Translations under genes and position numbers: made by a program
NCBI GenBank assembly: GCA_951406725.2
Contig: OX597826.1
Location: 7,130,001-7,194,000, forward strand
Direction: 5' to 3'
Length of the DNA: 64,000 nucleotides
Origin: Octopus vulgaris
Lineage: Eukaryota
The notes under the pieces: generated by a model
What the model was told of the DNA's origin: nothing
Seen by the model: only the letters and a program-made list of their open reading frames with translations
Database searches by the model: none
Shown here: positions 1 through 14,162 of the stretch, one piece after another
How the letters are laid out: each line of letters starts with the position of its first letter
Numbering within the stretch: position 1 is the stretch's first letter

Positions 1-272
1 AGTGGTTCTGGTGGTGCTGCTGCTGCTGGTTGTTGTTGTAGTGTCGGCGGTGTTGTCGGCACTGTCATTGCTGCATTGCTGTCTATAATCGGCGACCGCT
101 GGCGTGAGATGATTGCGAAGCGGGGATTACGGTGTTTGACTTGTATAACAGAAGTGTAAACGCTAGCTGTGTTGATGGTCCTGAAAGAGTCGCTCAGCCG
201 CCTGGCCTGCGCTAATCGAACCGACCTACGACCAAATCATTTCCAGTCAAAACCAACCTGTTTTAGGGATAG

Positions 273-600
273 GCAGGGCCGTCACTAAAACCACTCGCAG
301 GGGGCCTCCGCAGTTGAGGGGCCCATGTCAAGATCAAAGTACGTGGGTGAGTCATCTATTTACTTTGGTTAAATCTGTTGAGCACGAATTAAACCATAAT
401 TGTTAACTGAAAATTTCAAGAAATAAAATGGTGTCACATTGTACCCACAAAAGTTGTAAAAATAATACATTGTACCATATACGTGTACCAGACTTTATGG
501 ATTGTCACTGATGTCTATTGAACACGAACTTTGCCCTCAGCTTGAATATTCTGAACTGGTCGATGATTACGCGCCGTTTTTTGTCTTTGAAAGTTGCTTG
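273..600 (+). mobile_element. Decayed hAT (Tip100/ZMYM1-like) DNA transposon fragment
   Basis: Starts CAGGGCCGTC...GGGGCCC, a hAT-type terminus. 490-576 translates RLYGLSLMSIEHELCPQLEYSELVDDYA, matching the hAT C-terminal dimerisation-region pattern RLxGLxLxSIExE...xxLIDDFA. Confidence 0.65.
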
Positions 601-621
601 GATTATAAAAATCCTCTTTTA

Positions 622-677
622 TTCATCTGTAAGTGTTCATCTGTAAGTTTTCATCTGTAAGTATTCATCCGTAAGTT
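622..677. repeat. 14-bp tandem repeat x4 (TTCATCTGTAAGTN)
   Basis: Four near-identical consecutive units are visible. Confidence 0.9.
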
Positions 678-709
678 TTACTTAATGAAATTTGTAATAG
701 ACCTAAATA

Positions 710-868
710 GGCGTAGGAGTGGCTGTGTGGTAAGTAGCTTGCTTACGAACCACATGGTTTCAGTCCCACTGCGTGACAACTTGGGGTCGATGTAATCGAC
801 TTAATCCCTTTGTCTGTCCTTGTTTGTCCCCTCTGTGTTTAGCCCCTTGTGGGTAGTAAAGAAATAGG
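710..868 (+). mobile_element. Chimeric SINE: family A tRNA-like head fused to family B 3' tail
   Basis: 710-780 matches the family A head (GGCGTAGGAGTGGCTGTGTGGTAAGTAGCTTGC). 781-868 matches the family B tail (GGGGTCGATGTAATCGACTTAATCCC...GTAGTAAAGAAATAGG). Confidence 0.8.
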
Positions 869-869
869 T

Positions 870-1195
870 GTTGGTAGTAGTATTGTTTGTTGTGGAGGTG
901 GTGAGAGACGTGGAGGTGGTGAGAGACGTGGAGGTGGTGAGAGACGTGGCAGTGGACGTTGCGGTGATGGTTGTTGTTATGGTGATAGTAATGGTGATAG
1001 TTGTGGTGGTGGAAGCAGTAATGTTTATTGTTGTGATGGTGGTTGTGGTGGCAGTTGTGACGTAGCGGCGGCGGTGGTGTGGTGGTACTGCTGCTGAGAA
1101 TGATGATGTTGGTGGTGATGGCAGTGGTGGTGGCAACGGCGGAGGTTGCCGTGGCAGTGGTAGCAGTGGGAGTGGTGGTGGCAATGGTGATGTTG
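870..1195. repeat. (GGT/GTT)n low-complexity tract including an 18-bp unit x3
   Basis: GTGGAGGTGGTGAGAGAC x3 at about 892-948, within a degenerate triplet repeat. Confidence 0.85.
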
Positions 1196-1745
1196 GTTTC
1201 GATTTCTGGACCGGGCGACGCGTTGTGCTCTTGAGCAAAACACTTCAATTTGCGTGGATCTGATCACATTTACATTTGAGCATTGAAATGGTTGTTAGGT
1301 GTGCTAAAAATAACAGCTAAATAAGATTTATTTACATGAAAGAAAATTACCGGAGACATAACACGTGCTATTTACAAATATTGACATCACGTGCTATTTT
1401 CAGGATGTTGAGAACAAAATGTGCAGTCACGCACAAAATGACATCTTACAAATCCTCTTTCCTGATTGGGTGAAAATGATCAAAATTTAAACCTCTATAA
1501 CTTTATGAAATAACTCCAGCAGTTCAGTTTGGTCAAGTGTTTTATTGTGCCAAATATTAAAATTTTCGGTAACCTTTAATTTTCGAAATGCTGGAAGCCA
1601 ACCCAAAAGTATCCCTTCACGTTACTACAGTCCACTCAGCAGGCAAAAATGAGTTCTCAAGGGAGGGACTGGCGTCCCGTCCAGGTGGGAAATACATAAG
1701 CCATGGAAACCGGGAAACCGGCCTTTATGAGTTGGTAAGGCACGC
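1195..1745 (+). mobile_element. Family C-type SINE split by a MITE
   Basis: 1195-1255 joined to 1615-1745 aligns with the intact copy at 32328-32582 (GGACCGGGCGACGCGTTGTG...CTCAGC.GGCAAAAATGAG...GAAACCGG). Confidence 0.75.
1256..1614. mobile_element. GG-terminated MITE, related to the 51447 and 52959 elements
   Basis: Begins GGATC, ends AAAAGTATCC and interrupts a SINE cleanly. Degenerate ~8-bp TSD ATTTGCGT/CTTCACGT. Internal GATTGGGTGAAAAT resembles the reverse complement of 51600-51630. Confidence 0.55.
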
Positions 1746-1969
1746 GAAGGCAACCTTTCTCCCAAACCCCACCCTCCCAAGCGTATACAACTTATAGAAC
1801 CGGCCAAATGCGTTGCCCTAATCAAAGCGTTGCCCGGGCGGACCTCCTTCCCCAATCAGTATGCTATGCAGTTAATTGATTCTTCGCACACCATTGTTGC
1901 TGTGGAAAAAAGGTATTCAAATACTGATGAAAACCGTGCAAAGGGGCGAACCAAACACGGTTGACCCCA

Positions 1970-2174
1970 CTCTTTTACTTGTTCCAGCCATTTGACCTGT
2001 GGTTATACTGAAGCACCGTTTTGTAACGTTTTAGTCGAACAAATCGATTCTTGCAGTTATTTCTTCGACCTAGTACTGATTCTATCGGTCTCTTTTGCGA
2101 AACCACTAAGTTACGGGGATATAAACACACAAACGCCAGTGCCAAATAGTGATGGGGGACAAACATAGCCACAA

Positions 2175-2213
<39 letters not shown>

Positions 2214-2384
2214 CATATATACAACGGGTTTCTTTCAGTTTCCGTTTACCAAATCCACTCACAAGAATTTGGTCGGCCCGAGGCTAAAGTAGAAGACACT
2301 TGCCCAAGGTACCACGCAGTGGGACTGAGCCTAGAACCATGTGGTTGGTAAGCAAGCTACTTACCACATATCCACTCCTACGCC
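1970..2384 (-). mobile_element. SINE family A, full length (tRNA-derived head, internal microsatellite)
   Basis: The reverse complement has an A-box-like TGG...TGG, a B-box-like GGCTCAGTCCC, a central (TA)n(TG)n tract and a GAACAAGTAAAAGAG tail. Many paralogues in the window. Confidence 0.9.
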
Positions 2385-2559
2385 TTTTTTTCCCTCTGTC
2401 TTCCCTTCTCTGGATCTTTCCTTCTCCTATGCTTCCGACGAAGAGCTCCGCTTTAAACGTTAAACCCTCCTTCTTTCCTTCTTTCCTGAGCGTCCAATAA
2501 TACTATATTTGTTCCACGTCCTCGCGTTGTTGTGTTTTTTGTGCATTCATGTTTGGATT

Positions 2560-2563
<4 letters not shown>
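2385..2563 (+). mobile_element. Penelope-like terminal fragment with decayed minimal hammerhead
   Basis: CCGACGA-AGAGC-TCC-GCTTT-AAACGTTA at 2435-2462, followed by a T-rich tail that runs into (CT)n(TA)n. Confidence 0.55.
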
Positions 2564-2652
<89 letters not shown>

Positions 2653-2659
2653 GATGTGT

Positions 2660-2936
2660 GTATTTTCCCTTGTTAACAATTAAAAGGGAAAAAAGAGATA
2701 AATAGTTACCAGGGTAGCAAAAACTTGTGTCGGAAGTAAAAGAATTTGAATAACACATGCGTTTAACTCCATTTATATACATACAAAATTTAGTTTCAGG
2801 AGAATATGGTACTTAAGTTGAAGACACCAGAATTTTATATGGTATTATCCATACAAATCAAATGGGGTGATTAAAAATGAAGTAGCATGAAACAATTGTA
2901 GTACTCTACCTTGGATATCTTTGTCGCTTATTTTGA
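2660..2936. mobile_element. Unclassified interspersed fragment between (TA)n tracts, possibly Penelope-like
   Basis: Non-microsatellite block bounded by TA repeats, with a terminal hairpin TTTCCCTT...AAGGGAAA. Confidence 0.3.
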
Positions 2937-2960
2937 TATATATATACATACACACTTATG

Positions 2961-3117
2961 TACGACTGGCTCCTTTCAGTTTCCGTCTACCAATTCCACT
3001 CACGAGAGTTTGGTTGGCCCGAGGTTATAGTAGAAGATATTTGGCTAAGGTTCCACGCAGTGGGACTGAACCTGAAACCATGTGGTTGTGAAGCAAGCTT
3101 CTTACCACATATCCATA
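2961..3117 (-). mobile_element. SINE family A, 5' half
   Basis: Homologous to 2225-2384. Confidence 0.85.
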
Positions 3118-3173
3118 TACGAAAATATGTTTTTAGTGTGTGAGATTTGTTTCTGTATATTCTATATGTGCTT

Positions 3174-3212
<39 letters not shown>

Positions 3213-3809
3213 AGCTCATGCCTACGTCTTCAGACTATATGTATGCGAAGGGTCTCCACCAACCAGCACCTATACGTCCAATAGCCAAAACTACAAATAC
3301 AAAACATTGAACCAATCTGAGACACTATACATTGAGTATCATCCTACTGGATACATTATAAGTAAGTAGAAAGGGAAACGGGATGTTATGAAAAGAACTG
3401 GAAGCCCATTGATCATACTTTCGTTCGTTCTATCACGAGTTACCTGGGGCTAAATAGGTATAACATCAACAATAACAACTAAATCATTAGAAAAGTCATC
3501 GTAACAATGAAGTGGCTGCCAAATGATCTGTTAATCTTTCCATTACAGTATATTGTTTGCTTTTGTTATCGCTTTTGTTGTTGGTGTTGTGGTTGTTGTT
3601 GTTGTTGTTTTATAGGCCTGGTCTGCCCTGGAGGAATGTTTTCTATGATGACCATCAGCGTAGCAGCTGAAATCTCTTCATCTTGTTTTAGTGTTTTGCA
3701 GCATCACTAACAAGTGAATGTCACCTTCGTGTTTGGATGAAAAAAAAAAATGGTAGCGTTTTACAACTGAGCGAGTTTCGGCAGCCATTTCTTGTAGCAT
3801 CTCATTTTA

Positions 3810-3936
3810 CTGATGATGACGGTGATGATGATGATGATGATGATCATGATCATGATCATGATGATGGCGATGATGATGATGATGATCATGATCATGATGA
3901 TGGCGATGATGATGATGATCATGATCATGATGACGG

Positions 3937-3973
<37 letters not shown>

Positions 3974-4039
3974 CATGATGATGGCGATGATGATGGCGAT
4001 GTTCATGATCATGATCATGATCATGATGATGGCGATGGC

Positions 4040-4108
<69 letters not shown>

Positions 4109-4126
4109 GATGATGATGATGATGGC

Positions 4127-4158
<32 letters not shown>

Positions 4159-4209
4159 CGATGATGATGATGATGATGATGACGATGATGGCGATGATGA
4201 TGATGACGA

Positions 4210-4240
<31 letters not shown>

Positions 4241-4284
4241 GATGATGATGATGATGATGATGACGATGATGATGATGACGATGA

Positions 4285-4342
<58 letters not shown>

Positions 4343-4346
4343 GATG

Positions 4347-4378
<32 letters not shown>

Positions 4379-4381
4379 GAC

Positions 4382-4421
<40 letters not shown>

Positions 4422-4445
4422 GCGCTGGTGATGATGAAGACGATA

Positions 4446-4484
<39 letters not shown>

Positions 4485-4565
4485 ATGATGATAATGATGA
4501 TGATGATGATTATGATGATGAAGATGATGATGATGAGGATGAGGAGGATGATGATGATGATGAAT
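3810..4565. repeat. (GAT)n trinucleotide array, ~750 bp
   Basis: GAT with GAC/GGC/CAT interruptions. It is the source of the poly-D, poly-M and poly-H ORFs. Confidence 0.97.
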
Positions 4566-4909
4566 ATAGTGACGATTTTGCGATGACGATTGCAAATATG
4601 ATTTATTAGCTATTTCTCAGGAAATTATGAACGACTAATAGTAGTAGTAGTAGTAGTTCAACTGAAGGAGGCGGAGGGATTCACTGAAGATATATACTAA
4701 CATTGGCAGTAAACGGTGAGAGAGAGAGAGAGAGAAAGAGAAAGAGAGGGAGAGAGTGGGAGAGAGAGAGATGGAGAGAAACAGAGACAGATGCAGATAG
4801 ATAGAAAGAGAGACCCTTATAGGGAAAAAATGCGATGTTTGACCATCGATGGTTGTAAAAACAGTTAAGAAGTTGATAGGAATGTTGCAATCAATCACAC
4901 CGGATCCAT

Positions 4910-5401
4910 CTTTACTCGTCCTCTTCCCTACCTTCCTCTCTTCTTCCATCTTCCGCCCCTCTTCCACTACCCTCTCTTCTTCCATCTTCTCCCTCTCTTT
5001 CGCCCCACCCTTCCTTTTCTCCATCCTCAACCTCTCGTCCATCTCTTTCCCTTCCCCTTCTCTTTCCCCATCCCCACCTTCTTCTTTTTGTCTTATACCA
5101 GCACTACTCCCCCCTCGGTCCCACTCTCCTCTTATCCTTGTCCCATTTCCATCTCTATCCTCCACTTCTCCTCATCCCCCACCCTGTTTTCTTTATCCCA
5201 CCTCATTTTCTTCCAGTCCTCTTCCTTCTTCACGTACCCCAACTTTCTTCTTCTTCTTCTTCTTCTCCTCCTCCTCCCCTTCTTCTTCTTCTTCTTCTTC
5301 GTCTTCTTCTTCTCCTCCTCCCCTCCTCCTTCATCTTCTTGTTCTTCTCCTCCTCCCCTCCTCCTCCTTCTTCTTCTTCTTCTTCTTCTTCTTCTTCTTC
5401 T

Positions 5402-5436
<35 letters not shown>

Positions 5437-5462
5437 TTCTTCTTCCTTCTTCTTCTTCCTCT

Positions 5463-5494
<32 letters not shown>

Positions 5495-5550
5495 TTCTTC
5501 TTCTTCTTCTTCTTCTTCTTCTTCTTCTTCTTCTTCTTCTTCTTCTTCTT
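4910..5550. repeat. Polypyrimidine tract ending in a (CTT)n array
   Basis: C/T-rich from 4910 to 5245, then (CTT)n/(CCT)n to 5550. Confidence 0.95.
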
Positions 5551-5751
5551 CAACACAACCCACTACTGAATACCTACACATTGCTGGCCGATGTCATCAC
5601 ATTCAGAAATAATGTACAACTCCTACCAACAACCATCCTTACAGTGTCGTCGTTCCATCGTCCCTTCCGACCAGGTAAACTTAACTACAAACGTCTACGA
5701 ATGTCTCCCTGCTTCGGAGGAAACTGCCTCAACCAAGAAATTCAACTCCAC

Positions 5752-5810
<59 letters not shown>

Positions 5811-5927
5811 CACACTTCTCCCAGGATACCCTTCAACATCTTTTGTACTATATCTGCACAATTTATCTTGTCTCCTTTAGTTATTTCAGTCATCAGGCTG
5901 TGCCATTCTGGGGCACCACTTTGTAGA

Positions 5928-6330
5928 ATATTCTTTTCTACTCTAGGCACAACTCCGAAATTTTGGGCGAGGGAGCTAGTCGATTAGATCAGCCCCAGTA
6001 CGCAACTGGTACTTAATTTATAGATCCCGAAAGGATGAAAGGCAAAGTCGATCGCGGCGGAATTTGAACTCAGAATGTTGCGACAGACGAAATACCTATT
6101 TCTTTACTACCCACAAGGGGCTAAATACAGAGGAGACAAACAAGGACAGACAGAGGGATTAAGTCGATTATATCGACCCCCGTGCGTAACTGGTACTTAC
6201 TTAAACGACCCCGAAAGTATGAAAGGCAAAGTCGACCTCGGCGGAATTTGAACTCAGAACGTAACGGCAGACGAAATACCGCTAAGCATTTCGTCCAGCG
6301 GGATAATGATTCTGCCAGCTTGCCGCCTTC
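5928..6330 (-). mobile_element. SINE family B, dimeric full-length copy
   Basis: The reverse complement reads head AAGGCGGC..GCTGGCAGAA, core GTTCTGAGTTCAAATTCCGCCGAGGTCGACTTTGCCTTTCAT, tail 1, a second core, then tail 2 (GTAGAAAAGAAT). Same layout as 47839-48240. Confidence 0.9.
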
Positions 6331-6389
6331 ACCTTGAATAATATTAGACGAAGAATAATTTTCATTTTAAAGGCTGATAAGGAGGACTG

Positions 6390-6482
<93 letters not shown>

Positions 6483-6490
6483 AGTAAATA

Positions 6491-6530
<40 letters not shown>

Positions 6531-6695
6531 TATGCATGTCTGTGTGTATGTGTATTTTCGTGTGTCGCGCGTGTGTGTGTGTGTGTGCACCGGAATGTGT
6601 CTGTGTGTGAGTGTCTGTTAAATTCATTGCATGCTCATATGTTTATGCATGCTTACATCTATATATATGTATGTGTGCGTATATACATACATACA

Positions 6696-6787
<92 letters not shown>

Positions 6788-6788
6788 A

Positions 6789-6858
<70 letters not shown>

Positions 6859-7015
6859 CTTTATAGATAGGTATAGTTATAGGTATGAATCTCTCTCATA
6901 TATATATATATATGTATGTATGTATATATATATATACGTACACATGACATATTATATACTATATATCATACATATGTACGCATATGTATTCACATACACA
7001 CTTGTATATACATAC

Positions 7016-7070
<55 letters not shown>

Positions 7071-7576
7071 ATATATGCATATATATATATATATAACACA
7101 TACATCTACGTCTTCAAGTGTGTGTTTAAAGAGGTGGATGCAGCACACGTACACACACACACACACTCACACACACACACACATAAACACACACACTTAT
7201 ATGTATATTATTTAACATCTCAAATAAATCCTCAGCTTTATTCATCACAATTTAAGAACACATCCACCATTCATCGCGATATGTATTATTAAAGCCTCAC
7301 AATAGGAACCAAAATAGCATCGTGTATTTCTAAGTGGTTATTATCTGCGAATATTTTAATAATATCCCTTGATGCATTCGCCGTTGTGTATGTGTGTATG
7401 TATGTTGTGTGTGTGTGCAAGTCACGGTGCAGTACCTGCTTCCACGTACGCATGTGTAGTGCGTCGTATTTTTATTTCGCACGTGTTACCGCAATGAGAT
7501 TCAAAGTCTATTTTTCTATCCTTGCTATTATAATTTCATACATACACGATCACACACACACACACACAAACACACA

Positions 7577-7642
<66 letters not shown>

Positions 7643-7731
7643 AATACATATATATATATAATGTATATACATATCTATATAAATATATAAATATGTGTGT
7701 GTTTCTATCTATTTATGTATCTATATGTATG

Positions 7732-7817
<86 letters not shown>

Positions 7818-8113
7818 TATACATATATATATATTTAATTGCATGTATGTACGTTTGTACGTATGCATGTATGTATGCAGGTAGATGTATCCATAAATAC
7901 ATAGGGATATGCATATTATTTAGGAGTGCATGTTTATGAACCTTTATGTTTATGTAGTTGAGTATATACTTACTCCAGTGTATATAAGTGTATGTATATC
8001 TCTGCATGTATGTGTTTGTGTATGTATGTCTCTGTTTGTGTGTATGTGTTTTGTACTTATTCAGTGTATGAGACTTTTGGAAATACCGTTCACACACATA
8101 TATAATATATTAT

Positions 8114-8144
<31 letters not shown>

Positions 8145-8591
8145 TGAACCCTTACATTTGCACTAACACAAACGCATACGCAGACTCACACAGACGCACA
8201 GTGACACAAACAGACACACACCAACAGATACATACTCGCATACCTACACATCAGCGTTGGGTAAGCATTGTTCTGTTTCGATGCAATATTGCGCAACAGA
8301 ACATAACTATATACGTTTTTAGCCAGCATATTTTGTCATGGTTATATAACACATGCGTATATGTATGTATATATATATATATATTGTTAGTATTATTATT
8401 TTATTTCTATACACCTTTTATATGTATTATCTATCTATTTATCTACCTATATTTATGTATGTATATATCTATCTATCCATCTATTGTGTGTGTGTATATA
8501 TATATGTGTGTATGTATATATATTGATATATATATATATATACACACACATACATATATATATATACCAGAATGTATATAATTATATACAA

Positions 8592-8650
<59 letters not shown>
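6390..8650. repeat. Compound microsatellite field (TA, CA/TG, GA, GATA, CATA)
   Basis: Directly visible. Confidence 0.95.
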
Positions 8651-8652
<2 letters not shown>

Positions 8653-8805
8653 GTAGTGTAGTAAGAAGCTTGCCTCCCAAACACATGGTTCTGGGTTCAG
8701 TCCCTCTGCTTGGCGCCTTAGTCATGAGTCTTCTACTATAGCCTCGGGCGACCAAAGTCTTGTGAGTGTATTTGATACACGGAAACTGAAAGAAGCCCGT
8801 CGTAT
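8650..8805 (+). mobile_element. SINE family A, 5' half
   Basis: GGTTCAGTCCC...CTTCTACTATAGCCTCGGG...GGAAACTGAAAGAAGCCCGTCG. Confidence 0.85.
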
Positions 8806-9829
8806 ATATGTGTGTATGTATGTATGTATATATGTGTGTGTGTGCGAGTTCAACTGATTTCCCCCAAACCCGGAACATACATTACTTATGTTCCAGGGAT
8901 AGTTTTAGACTTTTAAAATGTTTCACATAATGAGTAACGGGCCCCCTGGGGGCAGAAAATAAACGTTCCTGGGTAACGTGGGGAAGGGAGATATCTCTTT
9001 GCAAAGTAACTTTCAAAAATTATTTGTCTCCCTTACATCTATTGTTCATAAAAAATTGTAAAAATATTGCTTTTTTAGAGTCACGTTTTTGAAAGCTTTT
9101 AAGCATATTTACTTCCGGTTTTCCAGTGTCAGTGACGTCTATATCTCTCTATTTATACCCCTCTATCCATCTCTATCTCTATAACTATCTCTCTGTATCT
9201 AACTGTCTATATATTATCTATCTATATCTAGCTTATTTGTCTAAAATGTTAGCTCTCTCTCGCACTCCCTCACTTTATATCTCACTCACGCTCTATTGTT
9301 TTCACTTTCATTTTTCAGATACTATTGTTTTCTCTTTAAGTTCGATCGCTATTGTTTCCTCTGTAAGTATTCAATAGCTATTTACAAACAACAACGACAA
9401 ATAACTGGCAGAAAGAAGCGCACAATTGCGGATGAAAGTAATTTCATACATAATTTACTGACAGATGTAACTTCAAAGATTTCACTTAATCCCGTATACT
9501 TAGTTAATTTCCCTGAAAATTTCTGATTTACTTTTGCAACGGTTTTGTGTTTTTTTCTGTTGTTAACGACGTTTTTCTTGGTCCTACGATACTGGCTCTA
9601 TGGGTTCACTGAAAAATTTCACTTCTACCCCTACAATTCTTTATTTTCCGTAAACAATTCTCATTTACTTTCTGCTCGTCGTATTAAGAAATATAACTTC
9701 CGTTACCCAGTTATTTTCATTATTTACTATTTTCTGCAACCGTGTATTTCTGCATACGTATGTAACCATGCCTACAAGGAAAGTGTCAAATTTGTCTACA
9801 ATGTCAAGGTCAGCCAAAATGATGTCTCT

Positions 9830-10293
9830 GTCCAGGGAAAGAGAGACAGCTACAGAAAGGGAAGCACACCAAGAAACGAACATACTGTGTTCTACAAAAG
9901 CCAGAGTACCTTGAAGTGATGAACAGAGATATGCACGGCTGTCATGGAATAGGATCTCCACTGCAGAACGATGAGCAGCTGCAACAGCTCAGGGAAACAA
10001 TTTCTATGAAGTAACTTCTAATTGTAACCCACCAGTTCAACATGCAGATGACACTAGAGTTACCATTTGTGCAATGGCAATTGAGTGCGTACATTGTAGA
10101 GAAAGGAAGTGACCTGAAGAGAGAACTACACTGTGCTGCATTGGTGGAAAGGTTAAACTCCTTTGCAATCTCCGAACTTCCAGAGCCCATGAAGAATCTG
10201 TTGTCATCAACTGACTAAGATTCCAAGCACTTCCAAAACTAAATTAGACAATACAACGTTGCAAACTTTCAAGATCCAAGGTCAGATTTATCA
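9830..10293 (+). pseudogene. Helitron Rep/helicase N-terminal relic (stops and frameshifts)
   Basis: From ~10062 translates TICAMAIECVHCRERK*PEERTTLCCIGGKVKL, then ELPEPMKNLLSSTD*DSKHFQN*IRQYN, then TFKIQGQIYH. These are the Helitron CxxC-CC-GKVxL, SKHFxxNIRxYN and FKIQGQIYH motifs. Confidence 0.85.
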
Positions 10294-10626
10294 TTGAATT
10301 GGCTCTCTACAACCTCTGTCAAATGTATCACCAAAATCGGCGTTTCATTGTTTCTGTCTATGTTCCATGCTGGCACGGGTTGGAGAGTTATTAATGAAGA
10401 AGGTTATATCTCAGCTATTCGTTTTGAACCGGGCAATACCACGTATCTCTGCTACGGGCTGAGGTTCACCATAGGTGTTTCGGACGTGATTTTTATTGAT
10501 GAACAGATACTCTAGTAATTATGTGCGTATTTTTACACACTGTTAATACATGGACATGGTGTCCTTGACTACACCTTGTTGTCCTTATTATTAAGAAGCC
10601 TCCATTCTATAGGGTTCTTGCAAAAA

Positions 10627-11843
<1,217 letters not shown>

Positions 11844-11972
11844 ACATGCTTATATATACATATATATATATACACATAAATATATATATATTTGTGTGTG
11901 TGTGTGTGTGTGCATGTGCGTGTATTTATATATATATATATGTATGTATATATATATATATATATGTATATG

Positions 11973-12035
<63 letters not shown>

Positions 12036-12184
12036 ATCGCTATCGATCGGAATATCTGATGTTGCTATATGGCCCTGGTTACAATGCACTTCGCATTGTT
12101 TTAGGTTTGCGGTGATGGCAGCCCGCTTGCTAGGCGAGCATGGCAGAATCCCTTATGCTCGGAAGACTTGTCCGTTGCAGGGTT

Positions 12185-12320
12185 AGCCATTTAGAGCTGA
12201 GTGAACTGTGAATGGCTTAAATGATATTTTTTGCTACATAACCTAACGCAGAGCTACTCTGGGAATCAAAGAAGCGATCTCATGTTTCTCAGTGCAACAT
12301 GGTTTAACCACTAAGCCACT
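12185..12320 (-). mobile_element. Degenerate family C-type SINE head
   Basis: The reverse complement starts TGGCTTAGTGGTTAAACC and has a B-box-like TTTGATTCCC and TTCACTCAGCT. Confidence 0.5.
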
Positions 12321-12333
12321 ATACAAGTGTGCG

Positions 12334-12395
<62 letters not shown>

Positions 12396-12474
12396 TTCAC
12401 TTGATAACTTCTTGATTAATTCTTATGAAGATTTTATCATATTTTTAAATAGTATATATATATATATATATAGC

Positions 12475-12497
12475 TAGCTAGCTAGATCGATAGATAA

Positions 12498-12594
<97 letters not shown>

Positions 12595-12680
12595 CAGACA
12601 GATATATATATATAGATAGATAGATAGACAGACAGACAGGTAGGTAGGTAGGTAGATAGATAGATAGATTGGTAGATAGG

Positions 12681-12752
<72 letters not shown>

Positions 12753-12760
12753 CAGATAGA
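12475..12760. repeat. (GATA)n/(GACA)n/(GGTA)n array
   Basis: Directly visible. Confidence 0.95.
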
Positions 12761-13347
12761 TACACACGTACACACACACACATATATTGGTATCTATATA
12801 TATACGTGTGTGTATGTGTGTTTGCATATATATACTTAAATATATTTGTACGTATATATATGCCAACGCACTTGTGTATGCATGTGTGTATGCATGTATG
12901 TGTGCATGTATGATATACATGCATACGGATATTCGTATATCCATCCATAGATACATCAATCCATCCATCCATCCATCAGCCCATGCATGCATAAATACAT
13001 ACATACGTATATACATATTCCGTATAGATAAAACTACTTCGCTTCTTCCTCATGCTGTCCGCCATTGAGACACTTCAGATGCCTTTCGTTCGTATTGCGT
13101 TGCACTCCAGTAATGTACAGTTATTCTAGAATTTTCACGTTCTTTGTTTTAATTTGTCTATGATTCATGTTAATTCCACAATTCCGTTCTCTCTTCCAAT
13201 TTAGATCCTAAGCCAGCGTCTACTTTCAACGTAATAATAGATTAGCCATTGTTATAGGCATCGGAAACAATTACTCGTTAGTTGCAAGGTCATATTGACA
13301 TGTTTTTCTTTTATTTCAATGGTAAATACCACTTATGGTATGTGTGA

Positions 13348-13378
<31 letters not shown>

Positions 13379-13629
13379 TGTGTTTGGGTGGGGTTGTGCG
13401 CGTGTGAGTATCAGTTTTAATAAGTCCCACATATATGCATATGCTTGTTCTTATGTGTATGTATACATACATATGACTCTTCTGATAATTGATTCCCGTT
13501 ATGTGCGTGTATGTATGTGTGTATGTGTGTGTACGTCTGTGTCTGTGTGTATGAATGTGTCTGTGAGTGTGTGAATATATGTTTGTGTGTGCATCGATAT
13601 ATTTATATGCAATATGTATATGTACATGT

Positions 13630-13778
13630 ATGGTAAGTAGCATGGTTACGAACCTCATGGTTCTGGGTTTAGTCCCACTGCGTGGAACCTTGGGTAATCG
13701 TCTTTTACTATAAGCCTCGGGTAGACCAAAGCCTTGTGAGTGGATTTGGTAGACGGAAACTGAAAGAAGCTCGTCGTA

Positions 13779-13841
<63 letters not shown>

Positions 13842-14035
13842 ATGTGTGTGAGTGTGTGCGTGTGTGTGTGTGTGTGTGTTTGTGTATCTGTGTTTGTCCT
13901 CCCAACATCGCTTGACAACCGATGCTGGTTTGTTTACTTCCCGGTAAAAGATACCGATAGAATAAGTACTAGGCTAAAGGCGGTGCTGCAGCATGGGCAC
14001 AGTCAAATGACTGAAACAAGTAAAAGAGTAAAAAG
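13630..14035 (+). mobile_element. SINE family A, near full length
   Basis: Head, central microsatellite and tail CAAATGACTGAAACAAGTAAAAGAG. Confidence 0.9.
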
Positions 14036-14058
14036 TGTATACATATATACATACATAT

Positions 14059-14162
<104 letters not shown>

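Noticed and set aside
3737-4609. 290-aa poly-Asp ORF and overlapping poly-His/poly-Met ORFs
   Set aside because: Translation of a (GAT)n array, with no complex coding sequence or splice context. An acidic biomineral-type protein is not supported.
4849-5880. 343-aa ORF and overlapping frames
   Set aside because: Open only because pyrimidine tracts and (CA)n lack stop codons.
5870-5900. Minus-strand CTGATGA-CT-GAAA hammerhead-like string
   Set aside because: No stem II or stem III. It is a mutated family A tail (ATGACTGAAACAAG).
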